Source: Gallionella sp. (GTDB taxonomy: Bacteria > Pseudomonadota > Gammaproteobacteria > Burkholderiales > Gallionellaceae). From it: DNA of 64,000 nt. The position numbers were made by a program, and so were the translations under genes. The notes beneath the pieces are model-generated. The model had not been told where the DNA came from, ran no database searches, and saw only the letters and a list, made by a program, of their open reading frames with translations. Of the stretch, positions 31,640-40,474 are shown one piece after another. The stretch covers positions 5,974 to 69,973 of the forward strand of contig JBAQCT010000155.1 in NCBI GenBank assembly GCA_049294375.1, given 5' to 3'. Each line of letters begins with the position of its first letter. The first letter of the stretch is position 1.

Positions 31640-32736
31640 GCCATCATCCTTTCTACAGCTCCGATCATGCGCTCAGAAGAACCCAAAAAACGGCTCCCAA
31701 ACGGCGTAATGGATGGTTCGCGCACATCTTGCCGACCACTCAATAATAGCTTCAATTCATCCCTTGTTGTCGCCGGGAGTGTCGCGCCCAATCTGTTGCC
31801 TATAAACATCGACGAATTCCCTCCGGGCATAAAGCTGATGACATCGTTGCGCACCAAAGCGGCTTCAAGCAACAACATCGAATACATCCCAACGATCCGT
31901 CCTGCTGACATAATCAGCTTTGCGTTATCAGCATCTTTTAAAATTTCCAGCCTGTTGCCGAGCTCATGGCCAACGAAATTAGTGTATTTATCTACAGGTT
32001 CCTGCGGGTGCAGCTTGACCAATATCCTTGATTTCGAGAGATCAGCAGAACTTAGCAGCGCTTCAAGCACCTCAAATTCATCGAATCCTCGATAAAGGGG
32101 GGAGCCTTTTGGAAAATCCTCGCGCACTCGTTCCGATATGTATACGACGGTATCATCGTGCTTGCAAATACCCTGTGCTTGCAACACGCCAATTTGATGT
32201 TCCAGATGAGGCTGCCCTACCACATCGATCCGATTGCCGGGCAGACCGGCAGCAATAGCTTCGGCGCTGGCCATCTCGTCATTGACCCAGATTCGATCCG
32301 GCAAAAATTTATCAAGGTCGGTGATTTTCCCATCGGCGACCCTTGCAAAGCGCTCCCGATAGAGATCCCAATGCTCGACTACGGCTGCACACGGGGTTTC
32401 GTGTTCGCGTGCGGCGAGCGTCAGTGCTTTATCGATTGTCGGGCCCCATGATGTTCCGGTTAATACAGCCTCGGGTTGCTGTTCAGCGATAATGCGCTTG
32501 CCCAGATCATGTAGCTCATCCCAGGAAAGTTGCTGGACTGATGTGTAAGGAATACTCCAGCGATCAAATACTCGTGCCGCATGAGTCTGTGCAAAAACAA
32601 CGTAAGGGCGAGAGAGGCGTACAAGCATCGGCGCCATTGCGTTGGCTGAGCCGGTATCACATGCTGTAACAAGCAGACACCCAGAGCCACGTTGGGCCTG
32701 CGACCGCTTATATCCACTGCTAACCGCTGCCAGCAT
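31636..32736 (-). CDS. Uncharacterised 366-aa protein, possibly GT-B fold (PseG/SpsG-like?)
   Basis: Clean ORF, translationally coupled on both sides. The pattern VVGQPHLE...ILVKLHPQEP...IVGMYSMLLLEAAL suggests a two-Rossmann GT-B layout. The PseG/SpsG idea rests on adjacency to the SpsF-like gene only. Confidence 0.4.
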   Translation of the reverse strand: MLAAVSSGYKRSQAQRGSGCLLVTACDTGSANAMAPMLVRLSRPYVVFAQTHAARVFDRWSIPYTSVQQLSWDELHDLGKRIIAEQQPEAVLTGTSWGPTIDKALTLAAREHETPCAAVVEHWDLYRERFARVADGKITDLDKFLPDRIWVNDEMASAEAIAAGLPGNRIDVVGQPHLEHQIGVLQAQGICKHDDTVVYISERVREDFPKGSPLYRGFDEFEVLEALLSSADLSKSRILVKLHPQEPVDKYTNFVGHELGNRLEILKDADNAKLIMSAGRIVGMYSMLLLEAALVRNDVISFMPGGNSSMFIGNRLGATLPATTRDELKLLLSGRQDVREPSITPFGSRFLGSSERMIGAVERMMA

Positions 32737-33706
32737 TTTTGGAGCACTTCAGGCAAACAGCATTCTCGCGGAACCGGCCTTCTGCGTGAAGCTTGCGCAG
32801 GCTCTTGGCTTCCGGAGAGTTCCAGAGCTCCACCAGGCTGTGTTCATGCATGTTGCCAAGCTTGAGATAACTGCTAAACATTGCGCAGCATGGGGTGACA
32901 TCACCGTTCCCGCGAATATACAAGCGTTGCCAGGGTTGCTGGCAACGAAATTCTGGAACGGGCGTGCGATCGGCAACATCGAGATAGCCGTAGTCGCCCT
33001 GAATATCCGGTGTCATGAAATCCTGGATGACGATATAGTCAACTTTGTCGTTCCAGTAATGCTCGAAAGCTTCTGCCTCATGGGCATTAAGCGCCATTTT
33101 CACAAAATTCACTCCAACTTTCGGCAAGGCAGACTTGAGGCGGCTGCGAACGTTGAGAAAAGTCTCGACGTTTTGCATTACTTTGGCAAAGTTGCCGCCT
33201 ATGCGGATCTTGCTGTACGTTTCGCTGGTAATGGCATCCAGGCTGAACCTAAGCCTCGTAAGGCCGGATTCCACAATGCGCACTGCCAGATTCTCATTCA
33301 TCACCGACCCGTTGGTATTCACCATGATGTCTTGAAAACCCGCATCCTTGGCCATTCTGAACCAATCCGGCATTTGCTTGACCAGAAACGGCTCATTGTC
33401 GCCCTGGAATGAAATGGATGGGCATTTGTATTGCTTGGCCTGCTCCAGAATTTTCGCAATGTCATGTGTTTCCAGGCGCTCACTGTAGCCAAATTTCTTC
33501 TTCAGCTCAGTAACGCCTTGGGTGCACATAGGGCAGCGAAAATTGCACTTATAATTCGATTCGATATGGAGAAACAGGGGAAACTCCGTTTCCAGTTCGA
33601 ACTGGTTCGCCAGATCCCACTTCTCACGATAAGCGTTAAACTCCTGCCCACGCAGCCGTTTTAACTCTTCTACAGCATCTGCCTCGGTTCGGTATTTGAT
33701 AGTCAT
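32720..33706 (-). CDS. Radical SAM enzyme with C-terminal SPASM/twitch-like domain
   Basis: CNFRCPMC motif. C-terminal CQQPWQRLYIRGNGDVTPCC...CLKCS. The likely start is ATG 33706 (track ORF runs to 33751). Confidence 0.85.
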   Translation of the reverse strand: MTIKYRTEADAVEELKRLRGQEFNAYREKWDLANQFELETEFPLFLHIESNYKCNFRCPMCTQGVTELKKKFGYSERLETHDIAKILEQAKQYKCPSISFQGDNEPFLVKQMPDWFRMAKDAGFQDIMVNTNGSVMNENLAVRIVESGLTRLRFSLDAITSETYSKIRIGGNFAKVMQNVETFLNVRSRLKSALPKVGVNFVKMALNAHEAEAFEHYWNDKVDYIVIQDFMTPDIQGDYGYLDVADRTPVPEFRCQQPWQRLYIRGNGDVTPCCAMFSSYLKLGNMHEHSLVELWNSPEAKSLRKLHAEGRFRENAVCLKCSKNAGSG

Positions 33707-33716
33707 GCGCAGTCTG

Positions 33717-34787
33717 TTACATGGACCTGTACAGATCCAGAATATGTTCACGCGTAAGCAACGTACGCCAATTTTCCCCCAGTGCGTTTGTCAGGGGGCG
33801 CTCCATGCGCAACGTCATTTCCACCATCCGCGCCATGGCTGCATCATCAAGATTGCTGCAAGCGTTACGCGGCAAGTTGATCTTGTGAATATCGAGCATT
33901 GAGCGAAATTTATTTACCGAGGAGCCGTAATACTCATCCAGCACATTGAAAGCGACACAATTGGCAAAGCCATGGCGGTACCCCAGTTCCATGCTGAGCC
34001 CATAGGAAAGCGCATGGCATATACCGACCTCGGAATTGACAATGGAGACACCGCCCAAATATGAAGCCGTCATCAGCATGTCATTGTTGCCCTTTTCCAG
34101 AAATGCTTTTTCGCAAAGCTCCAAAGCCTTGCTTGCATAACCTCTCGAGAGTTCATTGATCATGGTTCCTTGGAGGCTCTCCACGCAGTGGATATAGCAA
34201 TCCATACCCGAATGGAAACGCTGCTCGGTTGGCACGCTTGCGACCAATGCACTGTCAAGGATGATGGCGTCGAACATGCTGTAATCGCTGTTGATACCAA
34301 ACTTACGATCCTTTCCCATCAATACCGCAGTGCGGCTGGCTTCGGCGCCTGAACCTGCGACAGTGGGGACGCCGATTTTGTAGACGCCCGGGTTGGGAAC
34401 CAGATCCCAGCCCTGATACTGGGCAGACGAGCCTTTATTACAAAGCATAACCGACAAAGCCTTGGCCACATCCATAGTGCTTCCGCCGCCAATCCCAATT
34501 ATTGCTTTGGGAAGGCGACCGCCACGCATTTCGACGACTTTGTCACGCAAAGTGTCGACCTGTATCGTTGATGGCTCCTTGGCGCTCGCTGGAAACCATT
34601 CAAGCAGATCATGGCTGTCCGAATTCAATTGATCTTTCAATGAACCGGTGCGGTGCACATCATCAATAACGAAGACATAGTAATCATCCGAGGTCTCTTT
34701 AACCGGTAGCAATTCGCTTGCTCGCCCAAGAGCCCCCTCGCCAAAAAGCAGTCGTGATACTTGTTTGAAAATTCGAAAAGAAGTCAT
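33717..34787 (-). CDS. Iron-containing (group III) alcohol dehydrogenase family oxidoreductase
   Basis: IGIGGGSTMDVAKA (GGGSxxD) and His-rich metal-site region (HSGMDCYIHCVE...CHALSY). The ATG at 34787 forms an ATGA overlap with the upstream stop. Confidence 0.85.
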   Translation of the reverse strand: MTSFRIFKQVSRLLFGEGALGRASELLPVKETSDDYYVFVIDDVHRTGSLKDQLNSDSHDLLEWFPASAKEPSTIQVDTLRDKVVEMRGGRLPKAIIGIGGGSTMDVAKALSVMLCNKGSSAQYQGWDLVPNPGVYKIGVPTVAGSGAEASRTAVLMGKDRKFGINSDYSMFDAIILDSALVASVPTEQRFHSGMDCYIHCVESLQGTMINELSRGYASKALELCEKAFLEKGNNDMLMTASYLGGVSIVNSEVGICHALSYGLSMELGYRHGFANCVAFNVLDEYYGSSVNKFRSMLDIHKINLPRNACSNLDDAAMARMVEMTLRMERPLTNALGENWRTLLTREHILDLYRSM

Positions 34788-35446
34788 GGTTGGGTGCGGC
34801 ATGTAGTTAAGAAGGGCGCACCAGCAGAAGCATATCTCTGCATAAGTGCTTCAAGAATCACAAAATCAATCTCATCATCAATTTCATAGTTTTGATGGCG
34901 TGCAATGACATGGCGGCAGATATTGTTTCCATACCACATACCCTGCTCGATCAAGTGGCGCGGCAAGACGTACACGTTGCCGTCATCATAAAAAAATCCC
35001 TTGTAATCCTGTCGGCGCATATTGTTATGTTTGCCAAACTCTTGAATCTTGCACCAATAGCCGGTCGCCAAGTTGCTGTATTGGCCCTGTTCGTAAAGTT
35101 TGATGCATTCATCGATCAAGCCTCTATCCCGTAGCGGCGAGGTCGGTTGCAAAACGATAAAACTCGCGGCCTCTGGCACTTCTTGAGCGACATGCCCCAA
35201 AACAGAAATGGTGGTCGCTTCGTCCGTGGCTAAGACCGCAGGGCGCTTTAAAACTTCACAACCCCATTCTCTGGCTACTGCTGCGATGCTGTCGCTATCT
35301 GTGCTTACGATAATACGATCAACTTTGGATGCTTGTTGCGCGGCTTCGATTGACCATGCGATGAGCGGTTTGCCATGAAGTAATCGGATATTTTTCCCCG
35401 GAAGCCCCTTGCTGCCTCCGCGTGCAGGAATAACAGCTAAACGCAT
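34784..35446 (-). CDS. Acylneuraminate (NeuA-family) cytidylyltransferase
   Basis: MRLAVIPARGGSKGLPGKNIRLLHGKPLIAWSI...IVSTDSDSI...VLKRPAVLATDE: canonical CMP-ulosonic acid synthetase N-terminal pattern. Confidence 0.88.
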   Translation of the reverse strand: MRLAVIPARGGSKGLPGKNIRLLHGKPLIAWSIEAAQQASKVDRIIVSTDSDSIAAVAREWGCEVLKRPAVLATDEATTISVLGHVAQEVPEAASFIVLQPTSPLRDRGLIDECIKLYEQGQYSNLATGYWCKIQEFGKHNNMRRQDYKGFFYDDGNVYVLPRHLIEQGMWYGNNICRHVIARHQNYEIDDEIDFVILEALMQRYASAGAPFLTTCRTQP

Positions 35447-35449
35447 AGA

Positions 35450-36631
35450 TTAACCACGTAATTTGCGCAGAGCATTGCGCACTGCTCCAACCAGATAAGC
35501 GAAGTCTTCATCATTGATTTCCACCGAGAAAGGGAAAGAGATCATATTGTCAAAGAAGCGGTCAGTTTCTGGAACATCTGCATGACCAAGCCCGGCTTTG
35601 CGAAACAAATCATAGCGATAAAGCGGGTAATATTGCACGATAGCTTTGACGCCGTACTCGGTCGACAGCAGTCGGATAAGATCATCACGGTTCCACCCTT
35701 CAGCGGTGCAGCGTGCCGGCAAGAGATGGTGGCTATGCGCCTCAGGTGTGTGAATAGCCTGGAAGCGCAGTTCGGGAAAGTCCTTTACGCCCTCACGAAA
35801 AGCTTTGGAGCGCTCCCGGCGTTGTTCTGTCAACGAGTCCAGCCGTTTTAGCAGCAGGCATCCCACCGCTCCTTGCGCCTCGCTCATGGTCGACTTCATC
35901 GGCCAAACCCCATGGATATCTTCGTCGACATTGGTCATGGCAGGCAACCAGTATTCCGGTTTGACCGAAAAGGGCGCATGCCCGTTAAGTCGCAAACCCG
36001 GCACCTTGGCGGCTAATTCGGGGTTTGCCACCACCATCATTCCGCCTTCGCCTAGCGTGCTCAAATTCTTTTGGGCGTGAAAACTGTAGCAGCCGATATC
36101 GCCAAACGTACCGCAGTGCCTGTCAGACAGCCTGGCGCCGAGCGCCTGTGCGCAGTCCTCAATCAACATAATGCCCCGTTCCTTTGCAACGGCTGCAATC
36201 TCCTCGATATGCGGGCTAAGCAGCCCATAGAGGTGAACGACGACGATCGCCTTTGTCTTTGGTGTGCAAAGTTTGCGCAGGCTATCGGGCGCAACCGTTA
36301 ATGCTTCCGGGTCGATGTCTGCCCAGCGTATGGTTGCGCCTCGGCGAGCGAATGCCAAGGCTGATGCGCAGTAGGTGTGGGCTGGGATAATGATTTCGTC
36401 GCCCGGTGCGAACTCAAGCAGCGCAGCAGCGATGTCCAGCGCGTGGGCGCAACTCATCAAGGCAAAAGCGCGCTTTGCGCCAACATATTGCGCGAAAACC
36501 TGCTCGAACCGCTGGACATGCGGCCCTTGCGTCAAGGGTTGCCCCGTCGCGCGCATCACTTGCGCCACTGCCGCTATTTCGTCTTCCGTATAGCCATGCC
36601 CTCGCGGTGGCCAATCAATCCTGATATTCAT
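35450..36631 (-). CDS. DegT/DnrJ/EryC1/StrS-family PLP-dependent aminotransferase
   Basis: GTFGDIGCYSFHAQKNLSTLGEGG with catalytic Lys. Family layout throughout. Confidence 0.88.
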   Translation of the reverse strand: MNIRIDWPPRGHGYTEDEIAAVAQVMRATGQPLTQGPHVQRFEQVFAQYVGAKRAFALMSCAHALDIAAALLEFAPGDEIIIPAHTYCASALAFARRGATIRWADIDPEALTVAPDSLRKLCTPKTKAIVVVHLYGLLSPHIEEIAAVAKERGIMLIEDCAQALGARLSDRHCGTFGDIGCYSFHAQKNLSTLGEGGMMVVANPELAAKVPGLRLNGHAPFSVKPEYWLPAMTNVDEDIHGVWPMKSTMSEAQGAVGCLLLKRLDSLTEQRRERSKAFREGVKDFPELRFQAIHTPEAHSHHLLPARCTAEGWNRDDLIRLLSTEYGVKAIVQYYPLYRYDLFRKAGLGHADVPETDRFFDNMISFPFSVEINDEDFAYLVGAVRNALRKLRG

Positions 36632-36716
36632 ATCGGGTATCCTGATGTTTGACTAAGATATTCGTTTGACCGGGTGTTGCATCGATTGCACGAAGCCAGC
36701 ACCATGGCAAAATTGT

Positions 36717-38963
36717 TCAAAGATGCGGCTCCAGACGGTCAAGCGCCCTCCAGAAGCCCTCGCCCCTGTTTTTGTGGCCCTGCCATATCTCTGGAATAAA
36801 CGATACATTTGGCGCCGAAGCCGCCAAACTGCGACCCATTGCAAATAGATCGATATCGCCCTCACCAATTTGCAGGCCTTCGCCGTCGATGCCCGAGGCA
36901 TCGGCGATATGCAGATGCGCAGAATGCGGCCCTACTTTTTCTATGAACTCGCCGAATGACCACTTGTAGTGATTGCACGCCAGCTTGGAGTGTGAAACAT
37001 CGAAGCAAACGCGGAAGCCGTTGATGGCGCAAAAATCCCCGATTTCATCGGGATCCATGAAAAGGTTGTGGAAGCGTTGCCCGCCAAAATGCCACGGAAA
37101 AGGCGGCATGGTTTGTGGAATGATTTCAACCCCTTCAAGATCGATTTTGCCCAGAGATTCCAGAATCATGTCATAGCGCAATTTGCGCTCTGCATGCTCA
37201 AGCGGTTTGTCCATGGAGAATCCGCCCGCATTGATTATGATTCTGGGGCGCTTTGACCGGGTAAATTTTGCCTGTAGCCGTTTTGTGACTTCGACCACCT
37301 TGCGCAGATTGTCGATGGATGTGGCCCGGTAACCGGCATCGAGTGAGCAAAGATCCATGATATGGTCGCCATCAAACAGTTCGGGTGCATGCACCACCAG
37401 ATCCATGTCCAACGGCTTGGGAATATAGCGATCGATATCTTCTTCCATGTCACGGTAGCTGAGGTGAAATTCCAGAAGATCGAGGTTGGACATCGAGCCC
37501 AAAGTATTCAAATCGTGATAGCGGATGGGAATCCCGAATGGGCGTTTGAATGAATAGCGACGAGGCTCGGAGGCGCCTTCGCCCAGGTCGGACGGAAAGA
37601 GGATGTCTCCTGGCTTGAGCGCGCGTCGCGCCGGTTTGCCCACCAGAGCCGATTTGCGGTTAGGCTGGAGCCCGCGACCGGGGCTTCGCACCTCGATCAT
37701 ATGTTCCTCGATAATTTCTCCCGGTTCGAGCGCCACCTTGATCCACAGGCTTTTGCCAAGAGATTCGCGATTCATTATTTCGCCCTGGCTGAGCCGGCGG
37801 ATCGCTTCTCCACCCAATGCAGCTTCGACTTGGCGGATGCCTTCGACCATGGCTGAAAATTCCTGAGGGAGAAGGCTCACGCGGTGATCGTTACCTTCCA
37901 TTTTCTGATCGAGGGTAAAGTGCTTTTCAATGATGCTCGCCCCCAAGGTCACTGCCGCGACAGCGATATTAATTCCACGGTCATGGCTGGAATAGCCGAC
38001 TGAACACTCGCCAAGCTGGCGCAAATTCTCCATGTAGCGAAGGTTGAGGTCTTTAAACGGCGCAGGGTAAGTGGAATTGCAGTGCAGCAGCGCATACTGT
38101 GCGCCGGATGAGCGAAGCAGTGCTACTGACTCCCGGATATCACCGTCGGTGGTCATTCCGGTTGAGCAGATCAGCGGTTTGCCGGTGGCAATTAACCGAT
38201 GAAGAAAATCGTGGTTGGTGAAATCTGCCGAAGCCACCTTATAGGCGCTCATGCCATATGATTCGAGCGCATCAAGGCTCGGTATATCCCAGGGCGTGCA
38301 TAAAGGCATGATGCCTTTGCTTTTGCAGTAGTCGAATACGACGAACAAATCGTCCCTGGATAGCTGGAAACGATTCAGCAAATCCAGTGTGTACTGAGAT
38401 CCAAGATCCTCGCTCGCATCATTTGCATTTCCTTTATTGGCGTATAAGGAATTCAGGTCACGAAGCTGGAATTTTGCGCAATCAGCCCCCGTTTCAACTG
38501 CCTCATCGACCAAGCGAAAAGCGAGCTCAATATTGCCATTATGGTTGTTTCCGATTTCAGCGATGACGAAGCATGGATGGCCTGGGCCAATCTTGCGGTC
38601 TTCCAGTTGAAATTGTGAGCTTCGGCGGCGCGCTAGTGCAACAAGCCGCCCTTGTGGATCGGTAAGCGGCAAGAAAACTACCGAATCGCTGAACTTGGTT
38701 GCCATCCGTTCAATGCTGTCACCCATCATGGCAGAGACAAAATTACGGTTAATGACGCTGCTGACTGGTTGATTCAAATCAGGCATGCTGGTGTGCATTG
38801 CCCAACGGCGAAAATCGCCGTCAGTCAGTACGCCAACCAGTAGCCCGTTTTCATCCGTACAGACGATCAGCCCCTCTTCATTGGCGTTAATTTTTTCCAG
38901 CGCGTGACGAATCGGATCTTCGCCAATTACCGCATAAGGCAGGATGTTTCGGTCAATGATCAT
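36717..38963 (-). CDS. Multidomain CBS-pair / NeuB-type (non)ulosonic acid synthase / SAF / xylose-isomerase-like TIM-barrel fusion protein
   Basis: - aa 1-~120: CBS-like (LLVGVLTDGDFRR...GRLVALARR)
- aa ~125-400: NeuB blocks PCFVIAEIGNNHNGN, AKFQ, GYSSHDRG, IEKHFTLD
- aa ~405-465: SAF (IKVALEPGEII...LKPGDILFPSDL)
- aa ~472-748: sugar-phosphate isomerase/epimerase-type TIM barrel (VVHAPE...IINAGG...CFDVSH...LHIADA). Confidence 0.8.
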   Translation of the reverse strand: MIIDRNILPYAVIGEDPIRHALEKINANEEGLIVCTDENGLLVGVLTDGDFRRWAMHTSMPDLNQPVSSVINRNFVSAMMGDSIERMATKFSDSVVFLPLTDPQGRLVALARRRSSQFQLEDRKIGPGHPCFVIAEIGNNHNGNIELAFRLVDEAVETGADCAKFQLRDLNSLYANKGNANDASEDLGSQYTLDLLNRFQLSRDDLFVVFDYCKSKGIMPLCTPWDIPSLDALESYGMSAYKVASADFTNHDFLHRLIATGKPLICSTGMTTDGDIRESVALLRSSGAQYALLHCNSTYPAPFKDLNLRYMENLRQLGECSVGYSSHDRGINIAVAAVTLGASIIEKHFTLDQKMEGNDHRVSLLPQEFSAMVEGIRQVEAALGGEAIRRLSQGEIMNRESLGKSLWIKVALEPGEIIEEHMIEVRSPGRGLQPNRKSALVGKPARRALKPGDILFPSDLGEGASEPRRYSFKRPFGIPIRYHDLNTLGSMSNLDLLEFHLSYRDMEEDIDRYIPKPLDMDLVVHAPELFDGDHIMDLCSLDAGYRATSIDNLRKVVEVTKRLQAKFTRSKRPRIIINAGGFSMDKPLEHAERKLRYDMILESLGKIDLEGVEIIPQTMPPFPWHFGGQRFHNLFMDPDEIGDFCAINGFRVCFDVSHSKLACNHYKWSFGEFIEKVGPHSAHLHIADASGIDGEGLQIGEGDIDLFAMGRSLAASAPNVSFIPEIWQGHKNRGEGFWRALDRLEPHL

Positions 38964-38987
38964 AATGAGGCCCTAGCAAAAGAAAAT

Positions 38988-40388
38988 TCAATCTCTTCCA
39001 TACTTATCTTCCAACCTTACAATATCATCTTCTCCCAGGTAATTGCCGGTTTGAATCTCTATCATCTCCAGCGATGTTTCTCCCGGGTTCTCGAGGCGGT
39101 GTGCGACGCCAACGGGGATATAAGTTGATTCATTTTTGGTTAAGCGAAGAATTTCTTCTCCGCGAGTGACAATTGCTGATCCCGCTACTACGACCCAATG
39201 TTCGGCGCGATGGTGGTGTATCTGCAAGCTGAGCTTGGCACCTGGTTTGACCGTGATGCGTTTGACCTGAAAATGCTCACCGGCATCCACGCAATCATAT
39301 GTACCCCACGGCCTGGCCGTGAGCCGGTGTTGCGCAGCCTGCGGGGTGTTGGATGCGTCCAGTTCAGCGACGACAGTCTTGACTAATTCAGCATGGCTGC
39401 GGGCTGCTACCAGAAGCGCATCCGGGCTGTCGATGATGAGAAGGTCATGTGTGCCCAAGGCAACCACTGGCCGATGCGGCGCATGAATGTAGGTATTTTG
39501 TGCTTCCAGCATTCTTCCCTGTCCATGGATGCGATTGGCTTTGTCATCGGCGGGTGTAAGTTCAGCCACTGCATTCCAGCTACCCACGTCACTCCATTGG
39601 CCAATGAGCGGAATCATGGCTATCTTGTCATGATGTTCGAGTACGGCATAGTCGATGGATTCGCCGGGGCAAGGGGCAAATGCTTCTTTGCACAGTCTTG
39701 TAAAGCAGCCGTCTCTGGTTTGTTGTGCAGTAGCCAAGCGGCAGGCTGCAAGGATGTCGGGCGCATGTTTTTCAAGCGCCGAGAGAAGCGTGCCCGCCAG
39801 CGCCAGGAAAATGCCAGCGTTCCAGTAATATTCTCCAGCCAAAAGCAGTTGAGCGGCTTGGTCTGCATCAGGCTTCTCGATGAAGCGTGCCACGCTATAG
39901 CTAAACGTGTCCAGTTTTTTGCCGCGCTGAATATAACCATACGCGGTAGACGGAAAGGTTGGTGATACACCGAAAGTGACAATGTAGCCTGCTTGCGCAA
40001 CAGGTATGCCTTGCTGAACGGAGTCAGCGAAGGCCAGCGCATCGGGAATATGGTGATCGGCTGGAGCAAATAACAACAGTTGATCGGGTTTGGCATTTAG
40101 GGCGGCAACTGCCATGGCTGCTGCCGTATTTCGACCGAAGGGCTCCAAAATATGCTGCGCGCTAATCCCAACGGCTTCGGCGGCTTCCTGTACGAAAAAA
40201 CGGTGTTCTTCACTGGCTACAGTTTGCACCTGCGGCGCAATATGTTTCATACGCTCGAGCGTTAATTGCAGCAAGCTTTTACCATTAATCAGCGGCACGA
40301 ACTGTTTGGGGAAAGTTTTGCGCGATAACGGCCACAGGCGTGTACCGGAGCCACCGCAGAGGATAACAGGTAAAATTTGTTGGTTCAT
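38988..40388 (-). CDS. manC: Mannose-1-phosphate guanylyltransferase / mannose-6-phosphate isomerase (type II PMI-GMP)
   Basis: ILPVILCGGSGTRLWPLSRKTFPKQF N-terminus and a C-terminal cupin (RPWGTYDCVD...LSLQIHHHRAEHWVVV). The start is ambiguous: ATG 40388, ATG 40421 or TTG 40451. Confidence 0.9.
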   Translation of the reverse strand: MNQQILPVILCGGSGTRLWPLSRKTFPKQFVPLINGKSLLQLTLERMKHIAPQVQTVASEEHRFFVQEAAEAVGISAQHILEPFGRNTAAAMAVAALNAKPDQLLLFAPADHHIPDALAFADSVQQGIPVAQAGYIVTFGVSPTFPSTAYGYIQRGKKLDTFSYSVARFIEKPDADQAAQLLLAGEYYWNAGIFLALAGTLLSALEKHAPDILAACRLATAQQTRDGCFTRLCKEAFAPCPGESIDYAVLEHHDKIAMIPLIGQWSDVGSWNAVAELTPADDKANRIHGQGRMLEAQNTYIHAPHRPVVALGTHDLLIIDSPDALLVAARSHAELVKTVVAELDASNTPQAAQHRLTARPWGTYDCVDAGEHFQVKRITVKPGAKLSLQIHHHRAEHWVVVAGSAIVTRGEEILRLTKNESTYIPVGVAHRLENPGETSLEMIEIQTGNYLGEDDIVRLEDKYGRD

Positions 40389-40474
40389 GCGGGGGGAGTG
40401 TTCATGCAATAAGGCGGTCATTATGACTTGAGTTGTTTCTGTTTTTGACAAGCTAAGAGCATGTTCAATTCTCG

